Origin: Bacteroidales bacterium
Lineage (GTDB): Bacteria > Bacteroidota > Bacteroidia > Bacteroidales > UBA932
Direction of reading: 5' to 3'
Length of the DNA: 64,000 nucleotides
Assembly (NCBI GenBank): GCA_017471965.1
Contig: JAFURF010000009.1
Coordinates: forward strand, 7,972 to 71,971
Shown here: in pieces, positions 7,985-15,697 of the stretch
How positions within the stretch are numbered: position 1 is the stretch's first letter
Layout of the letters: each line of letters opens with the position of its first letter
Notes under the pieces: model-generated
The model's database searches: none
Told to the model about the DNA's origin: nothing
The model's input: only the letters and a program-made list of their open reading frames with translations
Made by a program: the position numbers and the translations under genes

Positions 7985-9781
7985 TTAGTCTGCAACTTCA
8001 AGTTTGAAATATGCAAGACCGCAGTTGTCAATGAGAACGGCAGCATATGCGTTGCCTTCTGCGTCAACATAAATATCGCAGTCGCAAACCGAACTTCCTG
8101 CAGTATTAGCCGAATCAGCATCGAGAACTGCAGCAGTAAGTTTCTTGCTTTGAGCCTCGAGGGTGTTTTTGAACTCTGCTGCAGAACCTTTATCTGCAAT
8201 CACGTTGAGGCTTCCGTTCTTAAGATTTGCATTTAACTGTGCATATGCAATGTATTTTGCACCTTTATATTCGAAGAAGTTGTATCCGAAAGTTTTTGCA
8301 AGACCTGGATCTGTTGTCCAATTATCCTTTGCAAGGTTATTCAACATATATCCGAATCCTGTATTTGTCAAAAGCGAATATGATGATTGTGCTGCATCTG
8401 GATATGTTACAAATTCTGTAATTCCTGTAAAACTAGGAACTGAGTATGTAGCATTAGGCCACACTTGTCCTGAATCATTTGTTCCGCCCGTAAAGGTACT
8501 GTTTGCTCGCTTAAAATACACTACGGCGGCATTTGAATTCCAATCAGGGAAACGGAACTCACCATTTGCCCAATCACCTACATATGTGAACTTATCACCT
8601 AAACGACGGAATGTATTAATAAGTTCTATTACTTCTGGTGCAGAATTTATACCGTTTGTATAAACGTATAATTTAAGAGTCGCACTTGAAGCAAGGTTGG
8701 AAAGTACAAGAATATCTTTACCTCCATTGATTGAAGGATCGTTGTTTTCGATCATCCTTACGCATGAAGTAGGATGGGTTCCACCTTCAACGCCTGTCAT
8801 ATTTACATCAATAGCGTCTCCTCCACTTACTGGAAAGGCTTTTACTGCAGCAGGAGTGTTGGCAGAGTTAGGCACAAATACGTATTCACCGTCTGTGGCA
8901 CAGTTTCTTGCACCATTTGTAGAAAGCCCAAGTTCAGCAAAAGGCTTTACCCAGAGACGGGTTGCTTTGAGGGCAGGAGCCTCCGGTATCCTAACTGTAC
9001 CGAGATTATATATTTTGTTTGGCTCAAGTGTTTTGTCTGAGCCAGTATTTTTAACAGGAACGTCATCAAAGTAGAGTGTAACACCACCTCCTACAATACC
9101 AGGGGTCATTGCTATATAATAGGTTTCACCAACAACAAATGACCCTGTAAGTGTAATAAATTTCTCACCATCAGTTACTGTAGCCGTATTATTTGTAAGG
9201 TCATAATTGAAATTACCACAAATCATACGGTGGCCATTATTCTGGAGTTTAACAGTAGTAGGTGCAGCATCTCCTCCGATTGTAAACTTGATGAGGGAGT
9301 GGACATTCTTGAAAGAGAGTTTTCCTTCTGATGTCTCAGTACCAACTGCAACTGCGTATCTTGAATCAAAACTTCCTGCTACCGCAGTCTGGCTACCGCC
9401 TATGTGAAGTGTGTTGATGACATTAGTACTAGCATCATAGGTTGTTGTCTTATCTGTTCTTGTAGGATATACGGCAAGGAGATTATCCGGTGCATCGAAT
9501 GCGGTCTTATTATTGAATGTAGCAGACACACTCTTTTCTGTGATGTCAGTATTGAAAACAACTTCTTCTCCTGATTTATTGAAGAGAGAAATCTCGTCTC
9601 CAGGAGTCCAGTAAATCTTCTTGGCATCATCATCTAGAACTGTTTTAGTCTCTGTTCCGATTGATGCGGTTACTGTAAAGGTTTCAAAAGATCCTTCAGG
9701 TTCATTTGCCATTTCCTTCTGGCAAGATGCAACTGCGAGAACTGCCACAGATGCAAGCAAGAATTTAGTAATTTTCTTCAT
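7985..9781 (-). CDS. Fimbrillin-like surface lipoprotein with probable C-terminal beta-propeller, variant B
   Basis: Lipobox AVAS-C20 then QKEMANE; ETKTVL, WTPGDEISLF, FKNVHSLIKFTI; shares SCVRM...INGGKD, RRxGDKF, LAKTFGYNFFE and VCDC with variant A. Confidence 0.75.
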   Translation of the reverse strand: MKKITKFLLASVAVLAVASCQKEMANEPEGSFETFTVTASIGTETKTVLDDDAKKIYWTPGDEISLFNKSGEEVVFNTDITEKSVSATFNNKTAFDAPDNLLAVYPTRTDKTTTYDASTNVINTLHIGGSQTAVAGSFDSRYAVAVGTETSEGKLSFKNVHSLIKFTIGGDAAPTTVKLQNNGHRMICGNFNYDLTNNTATVTDGEKFITLTGSFVVGETYYIAMTPGIVGGGVTLYFDDVPVKNTGSDKTLEPNKIYNLGTVRIPEAPALKATRLWVKPFAELGLSTNGARNCATDGEYVFVPNSANTPAAVKAFPVSGGDAIDVNMTGVEGGTHPTSCVRMIENNDPSINGGKDILVLSNLASSATLKLYVYTNGINSAPEVIELINTFRRLGDKFTYVGDWANGEFRFPDWNSNAAVVYFKRANSTFTGGTNDSGQVWPNATYSVPSFTGITEFVTYPDAAQSSYSLLTNTGFGYMLNNLAKDNWTTDPGLAKTFGYNFFEYKGAKYIAYAQLNANLKNGSLNVIADKGSAAEFKNTLEAQSKKLTAAVLDADSANTAGSSVCDCDIYVDAEGNAYAAVLIDNCGLAYFKLEVAD

Positions 9782-9800
9782 AATTTTCTTGTTTTAACTG

Positions 9801-9911
9801 TTACAGAGTTTCTTCGTCATAATACATAAAGTCGCCCGATCCACAGAGGATGCCTTCTGATTCGATCTCCATGACTTCGGTCATTGGAGCCTCATAGATT
9901 TTCTTTTCCAT
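9801..9911 (-). CDS. 36-aa peptide: MEKKIYEAPMTEVMEIESEGILCGS + GDFMYYDEETL
   Basis: Same 25-aa N-terminus as 5461-5592 with a different tail; directly upstream of variant B. Confidence 0.75.
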   Translation of the reverse strand: MEKKIYEAPMTEVMEIESEGILCGSGDFMYYDEETL

Positions 9912-9976
9912 AATTGAATTGTTGTTAGTTATTGTTGTGTTAAATTGTTTCTTTCCTTGATGCATGCCATTGAGGA
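9838..9976 (-). repeat. 139-bp inverted repeat, right copy (IRR)
   Basis: Reverse complement of 5396-5534, 138/139 identical. Confidence 0.97.
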
Positions 9977-10351
9977 TGAAAGGTACCTTAATGAGGACAC
10001 TACCCTTATCAGTCAAAATGCTGGAAACCAAGACATCACACAAATGAGGGCAGGCATTTCATATCAACACATCAGGTAAAACAATAGTGGGATTTCCGAT
10101 GAATTGTCATACAGAACAAAGTGAAACATCTTTGAAACAAAGATTCGGATCAAGTGAAAATGTAAGTTGGTAAAATCATTAGCCAGACCGACAGGCAGTG
10201 CTTTTGCACCGGGCACAGCATATACGAGTTTTGAACGAAAGTCGCACAAGGTGTGAGGGTAAAATGAACTTCATCTTCAGACTTGCCAAGATCTTTGCGT
10301 AGTGCAGGGCACCGCAGTTGGCAAATACGTCCGCCTGCTTTGCGCCGGTGC

Positions 10352-10432
10352 CGGCCATAAATAAGCCCGTTTTTCTGGCCGGAAGCAGGTTTTTCTAAGA
10401 GGCGGCCAGATATATAGCCGTTTTTCTGGCCG
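10352..10432. repeat. Two 30-bp imperfect palindromic direct repeats (10352-10381, 10403-10432)
   Basis: CGGCCATAAAT-AAGCCCGT-TTTTCTGGCCG and CGGCCAGATAT-ATAGCCGT-TTTTCTGGCCG, 25/30 identical. Confidence 0.7.
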
Positions 10433-10488
10433 AGATTGAAAACAACCGGGATTTTCCGTTGAGCCAGCATGATGGCAGTCATGAAAAC

Positions 10489-10523
10489 AAAAAAAGGACA
10501 GAAAACCAAAAGGTCTTCTGTCC
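10489..10523 (-). terminator. Intrinsic terminator of raiA
   Basis: GGACAGAA...TTCTGTCC stem with an A7 run on + (U tract on -). Confidence 0.75.
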
Positions 10524-10558
10524 CGAACTATTTCAGAGGAATCATCCTCCGTCAACTT

Positions 10559-10849
10559 CTATTCTGCTCTTCTCTCCTTTACTTTCACAAGTTTTTCCTT
10601 GAGAATGTCTGCGCAGTCCACTACTGCATCTTCGAAGGTCTTGGCATTCTTCTCGACAACGAGATTGTTGCCAGGAATGCTCACCTGTACCTTCACATTC
10701 TTGTTTTCATGATCTGGAAGCAATGACAGCGCTACGTCAACAGCAGTAACCGCGTCATAGAATTTCTCAAGTCTTGAGAACTTCTTCTCTACAAAGTCCA
10801 ACAGTTTCTGATCTGCATTGAACTTGATCGACTGCACTCTAATCTCCAT
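10559..10849 (-). CDS. raiA: Ribosome-associated translation inhibitor / hibernation factor
   Basis: MEIRVQSIKFNADQKLLDFVEKK...KTFEDAVVD; follows xerC as in other Bacteroidales. Confidence 0.9.
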   Translation of the reverse strand: MEIRVQSIKFNADQKLLDFVEKKFSRLEKFYDAVTAVDVALSLLPDHENKNVKVQVSIPGNNLVVEKNAKTFEDAVVDCADILKEKLVKVKERRAE

Positions 10850-11870
10850 TTTTACCTCCTTTTTTTGCCCTTGGATGGGCTTGTTCATAAATAGTCTTCA
10901 GCCGGGCGATGCTGCTGTGGGTATATATCTGCGTTGACGCCAGAGAAGAATGTCCGAGCATCTGCTTGATGGAATAAAGGTCAGTACCCTCATTCATCAG
11001 TCCGGTCGCGAGAGAATGTCTGAGTACATGTGGAGACTTGCGTCCCGTGATGCCCTTCACATTCCCAAACTCACGCTTCAATGCCCTGTCTACATACACT
11101 GGATACAGTTTCTTCCCTCTGTATGTGACAAACAACGGTTCCTTCAAAGACCTTTTCCCTCCGCACATCGTCTCAACTGCTTTCAAATATAACAATAATT
11201 CTTCAGACAATGAAACAACAAGAGGAATTTCTCGCATTTTATCGCCTTTTCCATGTACTTTTACAACATTTCGACCAAAATCCACATCTTCATTCCTCAA
11301 TCCTATCAATTCCGCACGACGGATACCAAGGCAGTAAAGGGTCATTATGATCAGCCTGTGAAGCAATCTCTCATATACTTCCTTCCTTCTGTCTTCAGAA
11401 GTATCGGGAGACAAAAGTTCGGCAGCACTCTCATCATCAGAATAAAAGGCCGTGGATGCGAAATATTCCTCCAGAGCGGCAGCCTTGAAAAAATGCGGAA
11501 TCCTCTTCTCGACCTTGGGCTTGGGGACGATCTTGACAGGATTGGACTTGAGACGTCCCTGCTGCATGAGATACCTGCAGAATCCGCTCAATGCCGACAG
11601 ATGCAGACTGACAGTCTTCGGCGACTTCGGAGGATCAGCGTCGAGAAGAGACGCTTCATACCCTCGTATCAGCGACGGAATAAGGGAAGCGACCAGTTCA
11701 TCATCAGTATATCCGACATCACCTTCAGCAGCCCATAAAGCAAAATCAGACAGTGCGGACTCATAGATCTGCACTGTCCGTGGGGAGTACCTGCGGATGT
11801 CACGGATGTAGGATATATATTGTTGTAAGATTCTCACGTCGCTTCGCTCCTCAGAATGACTGTCTGTCAA
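10839..11870 (-). CDS. xerC: Tyrosine recombinase XerC
   Basis: YSPRT, GIRRAEL, GKGDKMR, SPHVLRHSLAT, LGHSSLASTQIYTH (R-K-H-R-H-Y intact); synteny with raiA. Confidence 0.85.
   Translation of the reverse strand: MTDSHSEERSDVRILQQYISYIRDIRRYSPRTVQIYESALSDFALWAAEGDVGYTDDELVASLIPSLIRGYEASLLDADPPKSPKTVSLHLSALSGFCRYLMQQGRLKSNPVKIVPKPKVEKRIPHFFKAAALEEYFASTAFYSDDESAAELLSPDTSEDRRKEVYERLLHRLIIMTLYCLGIRRAELIGLRNEDVDFGRNVVKVHGKGDKMREIPLVVSLSEELLLYLKAVETMCGGKRSLKEPLFVTYRGKKLYPVYVDRALKREFGNVKGITGRKSPHVLRHSLATGLMNEGTDLYSIKQMLGHSSLASTQIYTHSSIARLKTIYEQAHPRAKKGGKNGD
11829..11860 (-). repeat. REP-like element in frame at the xerC 5' end
   Basis: GTCATTCTGAGGAGCGAAGCGACGTGAGAATC on - strand, encoding HSEERSDVRI. 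Confidence 0.55.
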
Positions 11871-13384
11871 GACTTGGAAACCGGAAATAAGCCGAGGGAA
11901 GCGGCATGACGCCGCATGTATGCATCGGCCGCCTCGAAGGTATTCTCGATTTCCCCGTCAAGAATGGCATTCTTCACGGCCTCCTTCAATATGCCGATTG
12001 TGTTGCACGGCTCGATACCGAAAAGTGCCATGACGTAGTCGCCGGTAATCGGGTTCTTGAAGTTGCGGATAGCATCCTTGGCCTCGACTTCGACCAGTTT
12101 GGCCTTCACCAGTTCGAAGTTGGCATGCAGACGGGCCACCTTGCGCGGATTCTTGGAAGTGATGTCCGCATTGCACAAGAGCATCAGGTCATCTATATCG
12201 TTACCCGCATCAAAAAGGAGACGTCTGACCGCAGAATCCGTAACTTCCTCAGTCACAAGAGCAATCGGACGCAGATGCAGGCCGACCAGTTTCTGGACAT
12301 ACTTCATCTTCTCATTCAGAGGCATCTTCATGCTCTGGAATATCTTAGGGATCCACCTTGCTCCCACGACCTCATGGCCATGGAATGTCCATCCCAAGGC
12401 AGGATCATACCGTTTCGTAGCAGGCTTGGCAATGTCATGTAGAAGAGCAGCCCACCTGAGCCATACATTAGGTGCTGTGCGGACCCTTTCAATCTCCTCT
12501 CCGTCTTCGAAGACATAATCCTTCAGACGGCCTTCGGCAATAGCGTGCATCTCGGAAGAAGCGACATTGTCAAGGACTTCAAGCGTATGTGAGAAGTTCT
12601 CCTTGTGTCCTTTACCTTCTACAGTCTCAACACCTTTCAGTTTCTCGAGCTGGGGCAGTATGTATTCAAGAAGACCTGTCTCGTCAAGAAGACGGAAACC
12701 GATGGACGGCTTAGGAGTGACGAGAATCTTGTTCAGTTCCTCGACAATCCTCTCCTTGGACAGGATCTCCATCCGCGAACGGTTGCGTCTGATGGACTCC
12801 AATGACTCCGGAACTATGGTGAACGCCTGTTCGTCAGTCGTCAGTTTCGTCGCAAATCTGATGGCCCTGACCATCCTGAGGGGATCGTCACTATATGTGG
12901 TATCAGGATCCATCGGTGTCCTTATGATACCGGAGGCGAGGTCACGAATTCCTCCGAAAGGATCGACAAGAGCACCGAAATCATCCTTCTGAAGACTGAA
13001 TGCCATGGCATTTATAGTGAAATCGCGCCTGAGCTGATCGTCTTCCAAAGTGCCGTCCTCTACAATGGGCTTTCGGGAATCACGACGGTATGACTCCTTT
13101 CTTGCACCTACAAACTCCACCTCGATCCCATGATATCTGAGCATGGCGGTTCCGAAATTGCGGAAAACCGACACATTGCTCCCGACCTTCTCCCCTACTG
13201 CTTCGGCGAGTTCTATCCCGCTGCCTTCCACTACAATATCTATATCCTTGCACGGACGGCCAAGAAAGCAGTCACGGACATATCCACCTATTACGAATGC
13301 CCGTACGCCCTTCTCCGAAGCAACATCAGAGACAATGGAAAATATCTTATGATCAAGAAAACCTTGTGTTATTGTTGCTGACAT
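11867..13384 (-). CDS. cca: CCA tRNA nucleotidyltransferase with HD domain
   Basis: GGYVRD, DIDIV, RRDFTINAMA, DDPLRMVRAIRFA, LLHDIAK. Confidence 0.9.
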   Translation of the reverse strand: MSATITQGFLDHKIFSIVSDVASEKGVRAFVIGGYVRDCFLGRPCKDIDIVVEGSGIELAEAVGEKVGSNVSVFRNFGTAMLRYHGIEVEFVGARKESYRRDSRKPIVEDGTLEDDQLRRDFTINAMAFSLQKDDFGALVDPFGGIRDLASGIIRTPMDPDTTYSDDPLRMVRAIRFATKLTTDEQAFTIVPESLESIRRNRSRMEILSKERIVEELNKILVTPKPSIGFRLLDETGLLEYILPQLEKLKGVETVEGKGHKENFSHTLEVLDNVASSEMHAIAEGRLKDYVFEDGEEIERVRTAPNVWLRWAALLHDIAKPATKRYDPALGWTFHGHEVVGARWIPKIFQSMKMPLNEKMKYVQKLVGLHLRPIALVTEEVTDSAVRRLLFDAGNDIDDLMLLCNADITSKNPRKVARLHANFELVKAKLVEVEAKDAIRNFKNPITGDYVMALFGIEPCNTIGILKEAVKNAILDGEIENTFEAADAYMRRHAASLGLFPVSKS

Positions 13385-13785
13385 ATCATATCATTATATA
13401 CCGGCACATCCTTCAACGGGACAAAACGGATGTCGTCCCCCTCGCAGGTCCGCACAAATGCACATGTCCGGGTGCCGTTGGTTATCACCATATATTTCAC
13501 GTCAAGGACCATATTGTATCTGATGGCCTGATCAAGAACTTCTCCTGTAAGTTCCACTTCGGGACGTTTGCACTCCACCACCAGAAGAGGCCTGGCCTGC
13601 CTGTCATAAACCATTATATCGCATCGCATCTGCTTGCCGCCGAGCCGGAAACCGACCTCACTCATCATCATATGCATAGGCACATGAAGGCTTTGGGCCA
13701 GCACTCCTATACACCATTGGCGCACCTTCTCTTCAGGAGTAAGAGCGACATTCTTCTTTCTCAACGGGTCAAATATGGTCTGCAT
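13369..13785 (-). CDS. Stand-alone type I restriction HsdR N-terminal domain protein
   Basis: TPEEKVRQ, RCDI, VECKRP, QAIRYN, ITNG; promoter TATATTTG at 13792-13799 (-). Confidence 0.85.
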   Translation of the reverse strand: MQTIFDPLRKKNVALTPEEKVRQWCIGVLAQSLHVPMHMMMSEVGFRLGGKQMRCDIMVYDRQARPLLVVECKRPEVELTGEVLDQAIRYNMVLDVKYMVITNGTRTCAFVRTCEGDDIRFVPLKDVPVYNDMICQQQ

Positions 13786-13837
13786 AACATGCAAATATAG
13801 TCAAAATATTGTTAGATTTGCACAGGGAATTCTCATC

Positions 13838-14539
13838 ATGAAGAAAAGAAGCGAAGATATGCGTATAGTCTACGAAGATCAGTCACTGATCGTCGTTGAC
13901 AAGCCGTCCGGTCTGCTTACGATGTCAGCCGGACGTGCCGGAGAGGAGACGGCATATAGCATGCTTACAGACTACATGCTTGGCACGGGACGTATATTCA
14001 TAGTCCACCGCCTTGACAGGGACACATCCGGACTGCTTGTGTTCGCTAAAGACCAGGAAACAAAACTGGCCCTGCAGGAAAACTGGGACGAAGCAGTCAT
14101 AGAAAGGAAATACATTGCCTTTCTCGAAGGCGAAATCAAAGACGAGGAAGGATGGATAGAAACCTGGCAGTACGAAAGTCCGAAGTCCATGAAAGTACAT
14201 TGCTATCCCATAGACAGGGATGGTGACCCGGACAGACCTCCACGCAGAGACTGGAAATATGCTTCAAGTCATTGCAGGACCTTGAAAGTCATCACAATAG
14301 ACGGAAAACAATACACCAAAGTGGAATTCTCATTGGAGACAGGCCGGAAAAACCAGATCAGAGCCCATTCGGAATGGATCGGGCATCCTATCGCAGGCGA
14401 CAGGAAATACGGTTCACAGAGCAATCCGTTCTGCCGTCTGGCCCTGCACGCCCAGACACTTTCCTTCATTCATCCGTGGACCGGAAAGACATTGAAATTC
14501 ACCGCTCCCCTGCCGAAATCACTCAGAAAGTCCCATTAA
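13838..14539 (+). CDS. RluA family pseudouridine synthase
   Basis: VDKPSGL, HRLDRDTSG, TGRKNQIR, GHPIAGDRKYG, LALHA. Confidence 0.92.
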   Translation: MKKRSEDMRIVYEDQSLIVVDKPSGLLTMSAGRAGEETAYSMLTDYMLGTGRIFIVHRLDRDTSGLLVFAKDQETKLALQENWDEAVIERKYIAFLEGEIKDEEGWIETWQYESPKSMKVHCYPIDRDGDPDRPPRRDWKYASSHCRTLKVITIDGKQYTKVEFSLETGRKNQIRAHSEWIGHPIAGDRKYGSQSNPFCRLALHAQTLSFIHPWTGKTLKFTAPLPKSLRKSH

Positions 14540-15697
14540 TTCCAGTTCCCTGGATGCTGTGACTTCCCATGAGAGTTCTGACGGAACGTGATACTCATAT
14601 GGGAAAGACAGACGCTCATTTACCTTCGAGGCAAACCTCTTCACAAACGTTTCAGCAGGAAGCAGAGGGACAACGGAATCATCACCGATCACCTCCGCAA
14701 TACCACCCACGGCCGATCCCACAGCGGAAGCACCACAACGCAGAGCCTCGGCACACACCATTCCCAGACCTTCATTACGACTCGGAAGCACGAGAACATC
14801 GATGCAGTTCATCATCGCAGGCATTTCATCTGCAGGCATATTGCCCCACATACGGACATCGATTGAGCCATCGTCTGCGACTGATGATCCGACCGTCCTC
14901 CGGATATTGCCGTCACCTATGATCCAGAATTTCAGAGGACCGTCATACAGTTTCCTCACTTCATGGAATATCGGCTGGAGCATAGTCACGTTCTTTATTG
15001 CAGACAGACTTCCAGCATAGGCCACCACCTTATCCTCAGAAGAAAGTCCGTACCTCTCCTTGAGTGCCTTTCGTTCAGAATCCGTGTATCGGACGAAAGC
15101 ATCGGACACACCGTTGTAGAGCACGGCCTTAAGTGCGTCAGAAGTGATCATATCTGAATGACGTTTCAATGACCCGCTTACGAAAAAGTTATACGAGGCT
15201 GCCTCCATCACAGCGCGTGTATCCTTCATTATCAAACCATTACGAAACGGATGAGTATGAATGTCAGACCCATGCCATGTCACATAATAGGGTTTTCCGT
15301 AAAGTCTGTTGACTTCATACCCCACCAGTGCCCCTGGAAAAGCATGCGCTGCAATGCAGTCGTAATCCCGGAGCAATTCAGCGGTACGTCTGATGAATCT
15401 TCTGAACAGAAGAGGTCTGAGGCGAAGTTTCTCCACTAAAACATGGTCAATGACAGAAAAGTCATACCAGAGCATCCTGTATGTGATATCATCTACCACA
15501 ACAGTCTCGTGCTTCTTCGAGACGTAAGGAGTATGACGGACCTTCCGCGTGAACGCAGTATCCCAACTGTGGATGCAGTACGTATCCACCTCACATCTCC
15601 CGGATGCACAAAGATGCCTGATGCGGTTATGGACAGCATTGAAGAGCCCTTTCCTGTCGAATGGGCTGCTCTCGAATATTACTGCAATTCTAGTCAT
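14519..15697 (-). CDS. Glycosyltransferase family 4
   Basis: TWHGSD, YNGV, PSRNEGLGMVCAEA (Ex7E). Confidence 0.88.
   Translation of the reverse strand: MTRIAVIFESSPFDRKGLFNAVHNRIRHLCASGRCEVDTYCIHSWDTAFTRKVRHTPYVSKKHETVVVDDITYRMLWYDFSVIDHVLVEKLRLRPLLFRRFIRRTAELLRDYDCIAAHAFPGALVGYEVNRLYGKPYYVTWHGSDIHTHPFRNGLIMKDTRAVMEAASYNFFVSGSLKRHSDMITSDALKAVLYNGVSDAFVRYTDSERKALKERYGLSSEDKVVAYAGSLSAIKNVTMLQPIFHEVRKLYDGPLKFWIIGDGNIRRTVGSSVADDGSIDVRMWGNMPADEMPAMMNCIDVLVLPSRNEGLGMVCAEALRCGASAVGSAVGGIAEVIGDDSVVPLLPAETFVKRFASKVNERLSFPYEYHVPSELSWEVTASRELELMGLSE

Noticed and set aside
5396-9976. Transposon or IS with terminal inverted repeats
   Set aside because: No transposase, no target-site duplication seen, and the repeats contain leader and coding sequence reading inward
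7718-10432. CRISPR array from the 30-bp palindromic repeats
   Set aside because: Only two imperfect copies of each, with variable centres and no cas genes
10064-10555. ORFs 10064-10249, 10150-10509 and 10277-10555 as genes
   Set aside because: They overlap each other, cross repeats or a terminator, and have no recognisable motif
13369-13785. Type I restriction-modification system
   Set aside because: Only the small HsdR_N domain; no helicase, hsdM or hsdS; a common stand-alone Bacteroidetes gene
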